DNA from: Clostridia bacterium
GTDB taxonomy: Bacteria > Bacillota > Clostridia > Oscillospirales > CAG-272
Direction: 5' to 3'
Length of the DNA: 50,952 nucleotides
NCBI GenBank assembly: GCA_900753285.1
Contig: CAADYN010000127.1
Location: forward strand, 1-50,952
The notes beneath the pieces are model-generated. The model was not told the DNA's origin and made no database searches. It saw only the letters and a program-made list of their open reading frames with translations. Positions 34,818-44,909 of this stretch are shown piece after piece (position 1 is the first letter of the stretch; each line of letters starts with the position of its first letter). The position numbers and the translations under genes were made by a program.

Positions 34818-35663
34818 ATGCGTCCGATGAAGCCTGACAAAGATATCTGCGTCAAAAAAATCCATATTCCGGCGAAAAAGCGGAGTATTCCTGCATTAAT
34901 TCTCTCACCCAAAGGCAATACTCAGCCGAAAACCGGAGTTCTGTGGCTCCACGGCGGCGGCTACATCCTCGGAATGAAGGAAATGGTGTATGCTTCCCGC
35001 GCGGTTGATTTGGTGAAATATTTCGGCGCAGTGGTAGTATCTCCGGGGTACAGATTAGCTCCGTTCTTCCCATATCCCGCCGCGCTTGACGACTGCTATG
35101 ACGCACTTTTGTACATGAAAAGCCATGCCGCGGAGCTTGGTATTCGTGAAAATCAGCTCATGGTAGGCGGTGAGAGTGCGGGCGGCGGACTTTGCGCATC
35201 CGTCTGCATAAAGGCTCGCGACACAGGAGAGGGGAACATTGCGTTTCAGATGCCGCTCTACCCTATGATTGACGACCGCGACACCGAAAGCTCCCGCGAC
35301 AATCACAGCAAAATCTGGAACACAAGACGAAATCACTTCGCATGGCGGTGCTATCTTCGCGGGCAGGACAGAACCGACCTCTCACCATACGCGTCCCCTG
35401 CAAGACTTACGGACTATCACGGATTGCCGCCTGCATACACATTTGTCGGAGACGGAGAACCGTTTCACAGCGAAACCGTCGAATATTTTAACAAGCTGAG
35501 GTTATGCGGGATTCCTGCTACAGTGGATGTGTATCACTCTGATATGCACGCGTTCGACATGATGAAGCCGGAGGAAAAGCTTAGCAAAGAAGCCGTGCAA
35601 AGATTCAACGAGCAGTTTGAATACGCACGTCAGCACTACTTCGCGCCGCAGAAACAGAAATAA
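34818..35663 (+). CDS. Alpha/beta hydrolase (HSL-family esterase/lipase)
   Basis: Oxyanion HGGGY and nucleophile elbow GESAGG, with C-terminal D and H present. Confidence 0.85.
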   Translation: MRPMKPDKDICVKKIHIPAKKRSIPALILSPKGNTQPKTGVLWLHGGGYILGMKEMVYASRAVDLVKYFGAVVVSPGYRLAPFFPYPAALDDCYDALLYMKSHAAELGIRENQLMVGGESAGGGLCASVCIKARDTGEGNIAFQMPLYPMIDDRDTESSRDNHSKIWNTRRNHFAWRCYLRGQDRTDLSPYASPARLTDYHGLPPAYTFVGDGEPFHSETVEYFNKLRLCGIPATVDVYHSDMHAFDMMKPEEKLSKEAVQRFNEQFEYARQHYFAPQKQK

Positions 35664-35673
35664 TGAGGATATT

Positions 35674-36153
35674 ATGTTCAGAGAATTAAGAAGAAAGATG
35701 AGAGAAATCAGCACGGAGGCGGCAAAACAGCTCCTCAAGATAGAGCGCCGCGGAATTTTGGCAGTGAACGGCGAGGACGGATATCCGTATGCGATTCCGC
35801 TCAACTACTACAACGAAGAGCAGAACAAAATCTACTTCCACGGAGCGAGAGCCGGATATAAGTACGACATGATAAAAGCCTCGGACAAGGTCTGCTTCAC
35901 AGTCGTGGGAAAAGAGCAGATTAAAAATCCCGATGAACAGTGGGCGCCGTATCTCCGGAGCGCAGTCGTGTTCGGAAGATGCCGCTTCATGGAAAACACG
36001 CCCGAGACGATGGAGATACTGAAAGCCCTCGCCATGAAGTACTTTCCAACGGAAGATATTGCAGATAAAGAAATCGCCGCTTCGGGAAAAGCCGTGCAGA
36101 TGTATGAGATAGTAATCGAGCACATCAGCGGAAAAGAAGTGCAGGAAAAGTAA
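35674..36153 (+). CDS. Pyridoxamine 5'-phosphate oxidase-family FMN-binding protein (NimA-like split barrel)
   Basis: GILAVNGEDGYPYAIPLNYYNEEQNKIYFHGARAGYK is typical of the PNPOx-like/Nim family. Confidence 0.75.
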   Translation: MFRELRRKMREISTEAAKQLLKIERRGILAVNGEDGYPYAIPLNYYNEEQNKIYFHGARAGYKYDMIKASDKVCFTVVGKEQIKNPDEQWAPYLRSAVVFGRCRFMENTPETMEILKALAMKYFPTEDIADKEIAASGKAVQMYEIVIEHISGKEVQEK

Positions 36154-36154
36154 T

Positions 36155-36973
36155 TTGCAGAACGATAATATTTACGCAAGCTGGAACCCGTGGCACGGAT
36201 GCACAAAAATCAGCCCCGGATGCAAATACTGCTATGTATACAGGCAGGACGCAATGTACGGGACTGAAAAAGCGTCATATCTCTGCCGAAAAAACGCGGA
36301 TTTTGACCTCCCGATACGCAAAAAGCGCGACGGAAAATGGAAAATACCGTCCGGCAGGATAGTTTTCACCTGCTTCACCTCGGATTTTCTCTTGAGCGAC
36401 GCCGACCCGTGGAGAGAGGACTGCTGGGACATGATTCGGCAGAGGTCTGACTGCTGCTTCTATTTTTTCACAAAGCGAATCGACCGACTTGAAAAATGCC
36501 TTCCGTCCGACTGGGGCAGCGGGTACGAGAACGTCATAATCGGCTGTACCGTCGAGAATCAGGAGATGGCGGACTACAGGCTTCCGATTTTCCTCTCGAT
36601 CCCCATTTGCCACAGAGCTATTGTAGTCGCGCCCATGCTGACCCCGCTCGACATTCGCACATACCTGAATCCCGATAAAGTGGAAGAAGTGAACGCAAGC
36701 GGAGAATCGGGACAGGACGCGCGAATGTGCAATTACGAATGGATTCTCTCCCTCAGACAGCAGTGCGTGGACAGCGATATCCCGTTTCAGTTCCACCAGA
36801 CGGGCGCGAATTTCATAAAGGACGGAAAAACCTACCGTATTCCTCGGAGACAGCAGATAGCACAGGCAAGAAAAGCGGGTATTGACTACAAAATCGCAGA
36901 GCGTGACATTCCCGCAAGCGCACTCAGCCAAATTCAGACGGAGCAGGACGAAGAACAGCTTACATTAATATAA
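36155..36973 (+). CDS. DUF5131 / phage Gp37-Gp68-family protein
   Basis: SWNPWHGCTKISPGCKYCY is the family N-terminal signature. TTG start 2 nt after the upstream stop. Confidence 0.7.
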   Translation: MQNDNIYASWNPWHGCTKISPGCKYCYVYRQDAMYGTEKASYLCRKNADFDLPIRKKRDGKWKIPSGRIVFTCFTSDFLLSDADPWREDCWDMIRQRSDCCFYFFTKRIDRLEKCLPSDWGSGYENVIIGCTVENQEMADYRLPIFLSIPICHRAIVVAPMLTPLDIRTYLNPDKVEEVNASGESGQDARMCNYEWILSLRQQCVDSDIPFQFHQTGANFIKDGKTYRIPRRQQIAQARKAGIDYKIAERDIPASALSQIQTEQDEEQLTLI

Positions 36974-37054
36974 AAAGCAGGAATTCATTCCACCACCAAA
37001 TGTTAGAGTACAGAACTAACAAACTGATGGCGGTCATGAATCCCTGCTCTTTTT

Positions 37055-37663
37055 TCAACATACTTCCGCTGTGAGAGTACAAACTCTTTTCCGCGTGAGC
37101 ACGTCCTTTGCGTAGGATTCATCGTACAGCCAGTCCTTCATTTCCTCGCGGTCGACAAATACGGGCATTCTGTCGTGAATCTTCGACGGCGCTCCAATCG
37201 CAGGTGTCGTCAGGATAACGTACCGTCTTTCGTCTTCAAACACCCTCTCAAACGCCGCCATGAGTATCGCTCCGCGCTCGTCAAAATAACGCCATCTCTG
37301 CTTTCCCGACCATTCGTAGTAGCCCGACGCCAGAACAAGCGCACGTCCCGTTTCAAACGACTGCCTGAACATGGGTTTATACATAGCAGTCTCCGCACGG
37401 GCGTTGATTATCAGCCGTTTTGCGCTTTTCACCTGCGTTCCGGCAAAGTTCTGCTGTGCATCATCAGTTGAAGAAGGTGCGGGAAATCCCCATATTGCCC
37501 GATGTGCTCTCACCGCCGCGTATGAGCCGTAGATTATCGGTATCTCATCCCCCGGGAACACCTCTCCGCGACGGAAATACTTCTCCGCACTTCCCTTTTT
37601 CTCTCTTTCAATTATTCCGAGCAGCTCGTCGTCGTCCAGCCAAGCCTGATATCTTCCGCACAC
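37055..37663 (-). CDS. SOS-response-associated peptidase (SRAP/YedK family, abasic-site crosslinking)
   Basis: MCGRY N-terminus (Cys2 nucleophile) and about 200 aa length. Confidence 0.85.
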   Translation of the reverse strand: MCGRYQAWLDDDELLGIIEREKKGSAEKYFRRGEVFPGDEIPIIYGSYAAVRAHRAIWGFPAPSSTDDAQQNFAGTQVKSAKRLIINARAETAMYKPMFRQSFETGRALVLASGYYEWSGKQRWRYFDERGAILMAAFERVFEDERRYVILTTPAIGAPSKIHDRMPVFVDREEMKDWLYDESYAKDVLTRKRVCTLTAEVC

Positions 37664-37788
37664 AGTATTTCATCTCCTGTCGTTATTTGTTGCAATATAT
37701 AAATTTTTGTTCTTGTTGCCCCGCGTACATTTGTTTCTTTTATTATGCCATATATTTATCTGATTGTCAAGTGCTTCGGCGAAAACGA

Positions 37789-37817
37789 TTGACAAATGTA
37801 TTTGACGGTAGTATAAT
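37789..37817 (+). promoter_or_regulatory. Sigma-70-type promoter of trkAH
   Basis: TTGACA (37789-37794), 17 nt spacer, TATAAT (37812-37817). Confidence 0.65.
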
Positions 37818-37854
37818 AGTTTCGATAATAAAATTAACAGGATATTGTATTTAA

Positions 37855-39213
37855 ATGAAGATAATCGTTTGCGGATGCGGTAAGATTGGCTCCGCTATAA
37901 TCGAAAAACTGTCAGAAGAAGGTCACGATGTTATTGTTATCGACAAAGAGCAAGCTGTCGTCACCGAAATCGCGAATATCCATGATGTTATGGGAGTTGT
38001 GGGAAACTGCGCCGACTGTGAAACGCTTGAAGACGCGGGAGTTGCCGAAGCGGAGCTGTTTATAGCAGTTACCGGCTCGGATGAGATGAATATGCTCTCG
38101 TGCTTCCTCGCTAAGAGAATGGGAGCCGGCGCAACTATCGCAAGAATACGCACTCCCGAATACAACGACGCTTCCCTTGACTTCATGAAACGTGAGCTTG
38201 GCTTATCCATGGCGATAAATCCCGAGCTTATGGCGGCACGAGAGCTGTTTGACCTATTAAAGCTCCCATCGGCGGCAAAGGTTGAGGCATTCGCGCGCAG
38301 AGCATTTGAAGTGGTTGAATTAAAGCTGAGAGAAAACTCGCCTCTTGACGGATATGCGCTCCGTGAGATTGCCGAAAAATTCAAGACACGCGTGCTCGTC
38401 TGCATGGTTCAGCGCGATAAGGAGTTTTACATTCCCGACGGTAACTTTGTGCTGAAATCGAATGACAAAATCGGTATCGTCGCCTCACACAGCGAAATCA
38501 CAAACTTCCTCGCCCGCACGGGTCTCATGCAGAAAAGCGCAAAACGCGTCATGATACTCGGCGGAAGCAGAACGGCATTCTATCTCGCGAAGATGCTTGA
38601 AGGAAGCGGAAACACCGTAAAAATCATCGAAAACAATCCCGAAAAGGCGGAAGAGCTTGCACAGCTTCTCCCCGACGCTACGATAATCAAAGGAGACGGC
38701 GCGGAACAGGAGTTGCTGCTTGAGGAAGGCCTTCGCTCAATGGACGCTTTTGCCGCACTCACCGGACTTGACGAGCAGAACATCCTCATTTCAATCTATG
38801 CCCAGTCTCAAAGCGTACCGAAGGTAATATCAAAGGTGAACCGACCGGAGCTGTCTTCCCTCGCCGAAAAGCTTGGAGTTGACTCCGTGATCTCTCCGAA
38901 AAACGTCATTGCGGATGTGCTTGTCCAGTATGCGCGCGCACTCGAAAACTCTCGCGGAAGCAACGTTGAGACGATGTACAACCTCATGGACGGCGCGGCG
39001 GAGGCACTGGAATTCAGCGTAAACTCCGCGTCAGTCGTAACAAACGTCCCTCTGAGAGACCTCACGCTCAAGCCGAACATAATCATCGCCGGAATCATAC
39101 GCTCACGCAGGACTATAGTTCCGGGTGGTAACGATATGATTCTCTCTGGCGACCGCGTAATAGTCATAGCCGCCGGAAAGAAGCTCCACGACCTGACCGA
39201 CATCGCGCTGTGA
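37855..39213 (+). CDS. trkA: Trk potassium uptake regulatory subunit TrkA (tandem RCK domains)
   Basis: MKIIVCGCGKIGSAI Rossmann motif and a second ILGGSRTAFYLAK motif, 452 aa. Confidence 0.9.
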   Translation: MKIIVCGCGKIGSAIIEKLSEEGHDVIVIDKEQAVVTEIANIHDVMGVVGNCADCETLEDAGVAEAELFIAVTGSDEMNMLSCFLAKRMGAGATIARIRTPEYNDASLDFMKRELGLSMAINPELMAARELFDLLKLPSAAKVEAFARRAFEVVELKLRENSPLDGYALREIAEKFKTRVLVCMVQRDKEFYIPDGNFVLKSNDKIGIVASHSEITNFLARTGLMQKSAKRVMILGGSRTAFYLAKMLEGSGNTVKIIENNPEKAEELAQLLPDATIIKGDGAEQELLLEEGLRSMDAFAALTGLDEQNILISIYAQSQSVPKVISKVNRPELSSLAEKLGVDSVISPKNVIADVLVQYARALENSRGSNVETMYNLMDGAAEALEFSVNSASVVTNVPLRDLTLKPNIIIAGIIRSRRTIVPGGNDMILSGDRVIVIAAGKKLHDLTDIAL

Positions 39214-39234
39214 GCAGGATAACGGGGTTTAGCT

Positions 39235-40680
39235 ATGAATCGTAAAATGATTTTTTATACAATCGGACAGCTCGTGCTCCTCGAAAGCGTCCTGCTTCTG
39301 CTCCCATGTGTGACGGCTCTCGTCTATGCGGAATATGCCTGTGCGCTGTCGTACTTTGCGGTTGCGGCAGGTGCTGCTGTCGTTGGTTTTGCTTTGACCT
39401 TTCTGCTGCGCAAAGCCGACAGAACAATATACGCGCGCGAGGGTCTTGTCACTGTAGCTCTCGCATGGGTGGTGCTGTCTGCCATAGGCGCGCTTCCGTT
39501 TGTGCTGTCGGGTGATATTCCCTCATATGTCGACGCGTTTTTCGAAATAGTCAGCGGATTCACCACAACGGGCGCGTCAATTCTTACAAATATCGAAGTT
39601 CTCACGCACGGCTCACTCTTCTGGCGCAGCTTCTCTCACTGGATTGGCGGCCTGGGAGTGCTCGTTCTCATGATGGCGATAATGCCGAACGGTGAGGGTC
39701 GCTCAATACATATAATCCGCGCGGAGATGCCCGGTCCTAAGGTCGACAAAATCGTGCCGAAGGTTCGCGAAACCGCAAAGATACTGTACCTCATCTATGT
39801 TGTGCTGACAATTATCGAGGTGATTTTCCTGCTGTTCGGCGGAATGACTTTGTTTGAGGCTTTGCTTCATGCTTTCGGAACTGCCGGAACGGGCGGATTC
39901 GGCATAAAGGGAGACAGTCTCGCGTCATATTCCACGTACATCAAGTGGGTAGTGGCGATATTCATGCTCATCTTCGGCGTGAACTTCAACGTCTACTACT
40001 TCATTCTGATAAAAAAGTTCTCTCAGGCACTGAAAAGCGAGGAGCTTCATGTGTTCCTCGGAATCGTTTTAGTCTCATCCGGCATAATCACCGCGAACAT
40101 ATGGAAAACCTCCGCCTCTGTGGGAAGTGCTGTCACCGACGCCGTGTTCCAAGTCTCGTCGATAATCACGACAACGGGATTTTCTTCGGTTGACTTTGAC
40201 CTCTGGCCGCAGCTGTCGAAAACCGTGTTGTTCCTGCTCATGTTCATCGGAGGATGCGCAGGCTCTACGGCAGGCGGACTAAAGGTTTCTCGTGTGATTA
40301 TCATGTACAAGTCAGCCAGACGCGAGCTGAGGCGAATACTGCACCCGCGCTCCGTGTCTTCCCTGAAATTCGAGGGCAAAACAGTCGACAGCGAAGCCGA
40401 GCATGGTGTTTTGTCGTATTTTGCCATGTATTTCATCGTGTTCGCACTGCTTTTGTTCCTGCTCTGCCTTGAACCGCTCGATTTTGAGACGAATGTCACG
40501 GCAGTCACGGCTTGCTACAACAACATCGGACCGGGATTTGCCGGAGTAGGTCCTATGGCGTCCTTCGCGGGATATTCGGACTTCTCGAAGCTGGTTCTCT
40601 CCGCGGCGATGCTTCTCGGCAGGCTGGAGCTTTATCCGCTTCTTCTGACGTTCGCTCCCTCCACGTGGGCAAAAAAATAA
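39235..40680 (+). CDS. trkH: TrkH-family potassium transporter
   Basis: Polytopic protein with repeated selectivity-filter-like SGFTTTGAS / GTAGTGGF / TTTGFSS / GGCAGSTAGG segments. Confidence 0.9.
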   Translation: MNRKMIFYTIGQLVLLESVLLLLPCVTALVYAEYACALSYFAVAAGAAVVGFALTFLLRKADRTIYAREGLVTVALAWVVLSAIGALPFVLSGDIPSYVDAFFEIVSGFTTTGASILTNIEVLTHGSLFWRSFSHWIGGLGVLVLMMAIMPNGEGRSIHIIRAEMPGPKVDKIVPKVRETAKILYLIYVVLTIIEVIFLLFGGMTLFEALLHAFGTAGTGGFGIKGDSLASYSTYIKWVVAIFMLIFGVNFNVYYFILIKKFSQALKSEELHVFLGIVLVSSGIITANIWKTSASVGSAVTDAVFQVSSIITTTGFSSVDFDLWPQLSKTVLFLLMFIGGCAGSTAGGLKVSRVIIMYKSARRELRRILHPRSVSSLKFEGKTVDSEAEHGVLSYFAMYFIVFALLLFLLCLEPLDFETNVTAVTACYNNIGPGFAGVGPMASFAGYSDFSKLVLSAAMLLGRLELYPLLLTFAPSTWAKK

Positions 40681-40793
40681 GATTTTTAAGCAAGTGATGC
40701 CGAAAAGTGTCGCTTGTTTTTTTTGTTACATATTGTATTCCGCCGTTTTTTGCGATATAATACCATTGATTTTGTAAAAAGAAGGTCATGCCC

Positions 40794-42089
40794 ATGAAAA
40801 ATTCACGAAAAATGACGGAAGTCGAGAAAAAATCGTGGCTCGTCGTTTTATTCTGCATTCTCGCGTATACCTCCGTCTATGTCGGCAGAAAAAATCTATC
40901 CGTGTGCCTGCCCGCCATGACAGAGGACGGAGTTATCTCCCCTGCTCTCGGCGGCACTGTCGGAACCTGCTTCCTCATATTCTACGCCTGCGGTCAGCTC
41001 ATAAACGGCTGTCTCGGAGACAAATTTCATCCGAAAGCTATGATATGCACCGGACTTATGGTTGCGGGAATTATGAATATCCTCATGGGGCTGAGTTCCG
41101 TCGGCATACTTTTCTGCGTGTTCTGGGCGGTGTGCGGATTCGCCTGCTCAATGCTGTGGTCGCCGATAGTCCGCGCGGTCTCACTTTGGACTACGCATGA
41201 GATAAGCCTTGCCGCCGGAGTACATCTCACAACCGCTATCCCGCTCGGAACCGTCGTCTGCTACATGATATGTGCGCTGTGCATGAAGGTGTCCACATGG
41301 AGATGCGCGTTCATCGTGTGCGGTATAATACTCTGCGCCGCCTCTGCCGTGGTATTCCTCTGCTTCACATCCCTGAAAGAATACGCGAAAGTACCCGAGA
41401 AAACAACGGTAAACAAATCCGAGAAGCTGCCTTTTCTTAAAGTATTCAGCATTGGCATACTCTTCACCGCGCTTGCAATCGTGTTCAACGGCATTCTCAA
41501 GGACGGACTTGACTTGTGGATTCCGACCGTGCTCAACGACAGGTTCATCCCCGATGTATCCGCGGTGTCCCTCATATGCTCCCTCCTGCCGATAATCAAC
41601 ATAAGCGGTGCGTACGGTGCGCGGTTCGTCTTCAGAAAATTTAAGCTCGATGAGCTGAGCTGCTGCGGGGTTATGTTTGCGCTCTCCGCCCTCTGCCTTG
41701 TCATAGTTACGGCTTTCATCTCGTTCACTCCGGCAAAATCCGCGGGAGAAGAAGTGGGAGCTTTAGGCATAGTCACCGCCGTGTTCATCACTATTCTTTT
41801 CGCCGTGTCGAGCGCCGCAATGTTCGGAGCTAACACAATGCTGCTCACGTTCATCCCGCTGCACTACGGAAAGGTCGGTCTTGCTTCATCCGTTTCCGGA
41901 ATGCTCGACTGCTTCTCCTACGCTGCCGCCGCTGTCTCAAACATAGCCGTCGGTGCGGTATCGGAGGGTGCGGGATGGGTCAAGGTATTCATGCTCTTCG
42001 TCGGATGCGCTCTCGTGGGACTTCTCATCTCCCTCGCAGGTCACGGAAAGATGAAAAAGACAACCGACGCGCTTGACTCTGCCGATTAA
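40794..42089 (+). CDS. MFS transporter (organophosphate/sugar-phosphate antiporter-like)
   Basis: 12 TM helices. Early motif AYTSVYVGRKNLSV resembles the GlpT/UhpC family. The start may be 40788 or 40794. Confidence 0.75.
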   Translation: MKNSRKMTEVEKKSWLVVLFCILAYTSVYVGRKNLSVCLPAMTEDGVISPALGGTVGTCFLIFYACGQLINGCLGDKFHPKAMICTGLMVAGIMNILMGLSSVGILFCVFWAVCGFACSMLWSPIVRAVSLWTTHEISLAAGVHLTTAIPLGTVVCYMICALCMKVSTWRCAFIVCGIILCAASAVVFLCFTSLKEYAKVPEKTTVNKSEKLPFLKVFSIGILFTALAIVFNGILKDGLDLWIPTVLNDRFIPDVSAVSLICSLLPIINISGAYGARFVFRKFKLDELSCCGVMFALSALCLVIVTAFISFTPAKSAGEEVGALGIVTAVFITILFAVSSAAMFGANTMLLTFIPLHYGKVGLASSVSGMLDCFSYAAAAVSNIAVGAVSEGAGWVKVFMLFVGCALVGLLISLAGHGKMKKTTDALDSAD

Positions 42090-42185
42090 AAATTAGTTTC
42101 ATTTTCACACTTTTCGCTCTTGATTAACATCATATGAATCATGTATAATGTGAAGTGACAACACAAACACAGGAGTACATATCAC

Positions 42186-44843
42186 ATGAAGAAAAGATAT
42201 TGCCTTATATCCCACACCCACTGGGACAGAGAATGGTATCTCCCGTTTGAAAACTTCCGTATGCGTCTGGTAGACCTCATCGACAATCTGCTCGACATAC
42301 TGAAGGAAGACAAGGAATACCGTTTCCACCTCGACGCGCAGACCATAGTTCTTGACGACTATCTTGCCATCCGTCCGTCTAAAAAACGCGAGCTTGAAGA
42401 CCACATTCGTCACGGCAGAATCCTCGTTGGACCGTGGTACGTGCAGAATGACTTCCACCTCACCGACGGAGAAGCAACAGTGCGCAACCTCATGATAGGC
42501 ACTGAAATGGCGGGCGAATTCGGCGCTTCCATGCCCATAGGATACGCCGCCGACCAGTTCGGACTTATCTCACAGCTCCCGCAGATACTGTACAAAGCCG
42601 GACTTCGCGACTGTGTATTCGGAAGAGGCTTTGACCGCGGAACTACCGAATTCTTCTGGGAGACAGAGGACGGCTCAAAGGTTCTCTGCGAACACATGAG
42701 ATTCTGGTACAACAACGCGCAGAGACTTTCTCCCGATCCCGAGGGCGCGCTGAATCTCGTCAGAAACTGCGGAAGAAACTGCACTGCCGCAAACTGCGCT
42801 ACGGGAAACTACCTCCTCATGAACGGCGTTGACCACCTTGAAGCACAGGAAGACCTCGCCGAGATAATGGACAAGGTTAGACCCATGCTCGACGAGGATG
42901 AAGAGATATTCCAGGACACTCTCCCCGAATTCATGCAGAGACTGCGCCGCGAAGTCGAGGAAAACGGCATCGAGCTGAAAACCTTCCGCGGTGAATTCAG
43001 AGACAACGGCGCGGCTAACGTACTGACCGGCACTCTCTCCTCACGCACTTACTTAAAGCAGGCTAACGCACGTTCGCAGGTGGAGCTTGAAAGAGAGCTT
43101 GAACCCCTCTGCACACTTCTGAGTGCCGCAGGAATAAAGGATTACCCCCACGACTACCTCCACTACCTCTGGAAGCTGCTCATCGAAAATCATCCTCACG
43201 ACTCCATCTGCGGCTGTTCCGTTGATGCGGTACACGAGCACATGATGGATCGCTTCGACCGCATTCACGAAAACACCACCGACCTCTTCTCACGCGCCAT
43301 GGACGAGCTAAGCTCCCATCTCGAGCCGCTCAAAATCGACGGTGAGTACAGAGTAATCCTTCTCAACGCCACAGACAGAGCATCGGACGCACCCGTTCGC
43401 GCTGTAGTCGACGTGATGAAGGAAGAGGACCGCGGCGGCATCGAGCTGTACGACGAAAACGGCAATGCTGTTCCCTTCGTATACGAAAAGTGCGAGCCTG
43501 ACGTCGGCAGAAGAATACTCAGCCCGATTAACCTCCCCGGTGAGAGCAGAGTTGCGAGATACACAATTGTAGTTGACGCGGGCGTTATCGAGGTATATTC
43601 CTACCGCACTCTCAGCGTTAAGGTATCGGACAAATCCGCTGTTGAAGCCGGAATCTCGGACTGCGCGGCTGACGTTATGGAAAACGAAAATCTCCGCGTA
43701 AAGATAAACTCCGACGGAACGGCTGATATTACGGACAAGAGAAGCGGCAGAGAATACAAGAATCTGCTTGCGTTTGAGGACACTGCCGACCGCGGAACAC
43801 TCTACAACTACGTCCACGGAGATCCGACAGGAGATATTACCACCTACGGCACGAAAGCGGAGATAACAGCTGTCGAGAACAACGAGCTGATACAAAAACG
43901 CACGGTAAAGCTCACCATAAAAGCAGACCGCGAGGAAGCATCGGGCGAGATTGGCATTATTATGACGCTCACACTCGCAAAAGGCGCGGAAATGCTTGAC
44001 GTTCAGCTTGAGATAGACAACGCGCTCGAAAACCACAGACTCCGCGCACTCGTTCCCACGGGAATCAAAGCTGACTCAAACTTCGCGTCACAGCCATACG
44101 ATGTGCTTGAAAGAAGCAAGGTCAGCATATACCCATACGACAGCGACCATCCGTCAAGTGATTTCGTAGCAGTCGAGGGAGACGGTCACGGTATCGCGCT
44201 GTTCCATGAGGGACTTTACGAATACGAGCAGATGACCGACGAAAACGACACTCTCGCGCTGACCGTTCTTCGTTCTGTCGGTAGAATTACAGGCGACTGG
44301 GAAGAGAGAAACACCATGACGCAGCTTTGGGTAACTCCCGGCGGACAGTGCATCGGAAAGAACACCGCGCATTTCGCCGTTATGCCATACGCGGGAGACC
44401 ATGTCAAAGCTGAGCTTGCGGCAAAGGCAATGCAGTTTCTCGCTCCCGTTTACTCCGCATCAAGAAGCCGCGATCCAAACAAATTCATCGGAGGAAGACC
44501 GTTCGTACAGGGACCCGGAATGCCCGACCTCTTCTACCGCCCCGTCAAGAACGCGTCAAAGAAGCTGCCTCAGAGCGCGTCCATAATAAAGCTTGAATCA
44601 GCGGAAAACGCAGTCGTCGTCACCGCAGTCAAGGAATCGGTATCGGGCGGAATCGTAGTCAGAGCGTACAACTCCACCTCAAGCGAGCGCAAGTTCTCCC
44701 TCGAATGCCCACTGTTCGGCATAAAGAAAGCACAGTCCGTGTCTCTTCTTGAAAACGAGGTTTACGAGGAGCTTACCGTTGACTCCGGCAGAGTAGAGTA
44801 TATCGCAAAGCCCAAGGAAATCGTAACTGTTCACATAAGATAA
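42186..44843 (+). CDS. Glycoside hydrolase family 38 (alpha-mannosidase / mannosylglycerate hydrolase-like)
   Basis: ISHTHWDREWYLPFE N-terminal metal site, HPHDSICGCS, 885 aa. Confidence 0.85.
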   Translation: MKKRYCLISHTHWDREWYLPFENFRMRLVDLIDNLLDILKEDKEYRFHLDAQTIVLDDYLAIRPSKKRELEDHIRHGRILVGPWYVQNDFHLTDGEATVRNLMIGTEMAGEFGASMPIGYAADQFGLISQLPQILYKAGLRDCVFGRGFDRGTTEFFWETEDGSKVLCEHMRFWYNNAQRLSPDPEGALNLVRNCGRNCTAANCATGNYLLMNGVDHLEAQEDLAEIMDKVRPMLDEDEEIFQDTLPEFMQRLRREVEENGIELKTFRGEFRDNGAANVLTGTLSSRTYLKQANARSQVELERELEPLCTLLSAAGIKDYPHDYLHYLWKLLIENHPHDSICGCSVDAVHEHMMDRFDRIHENTTDLFSRAMDELSSHLEPLKIDGEYRVILLNATDRASDAPVRAVVDVMKEEDRGGIELYDENGNAVPFVYEKCEPDVGRRILSPINLPGESRVARYTIVVDAGVIEVYSYRTLSVKVSDKSAVEAGISDCAADVMENENLRVKINSDGTADITDKRSGREYKNLLAFEDTADRGTLYNYVHGDPTGDITTYGTKAEITAVENNELIQKRTVKLTIKADREEASGEIGIIMTLTLAKGAEMLDVQLEIDNALENHRLRALVPTGIKADSNFASQPYDVLERSKVSIYPYDSDHPSSDFVAVEGDGHGIALFHEGLYEYEQMTDENDTLALTVLRSVGRITGDWEERNTMTQLWVTPGGQCIGKNTAHFAVMPYAGDHVKAELAAKAMQFLAPVYSASRSRDPNKFIGGRPFVQGPGMPDLFYRPVKNASKKLPQSASIIKLESAENAVVVTAVKESVSGGIVVRAYNSTSSERKFSLECPLFGIKKAQSVSLLENEVYEELTVDSGRVEYIAKPKEIVTVHIR

Positions 44844-44851
44844 CATAACAA

Positions 44852-44896
44852 AAACCGCTGATCTTCACACTCAGTTTAAGTGAGGGTCAGCGGTTT
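44852..44896. terminator. Bidirectional terminator between the GH38 gene and pyrD
   Basis: AAACCGCTGA (44852-44861) pairs with TCAGCGGTTT (44887-44896). Confidence 0.75.
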
Positions 44897-44909
44897 ATTT
44901 ATATCATTT

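Noticed and set aside
37664-37854. Possible c-di-AMP (ydaO/kimA-type) riboswitch upstream of trkA
   Set aside because: The promoter at 37789-37817 leaves a leader of only about 35 nt. None of the conserved ACGGGGA/CCCA-type blocks are present.
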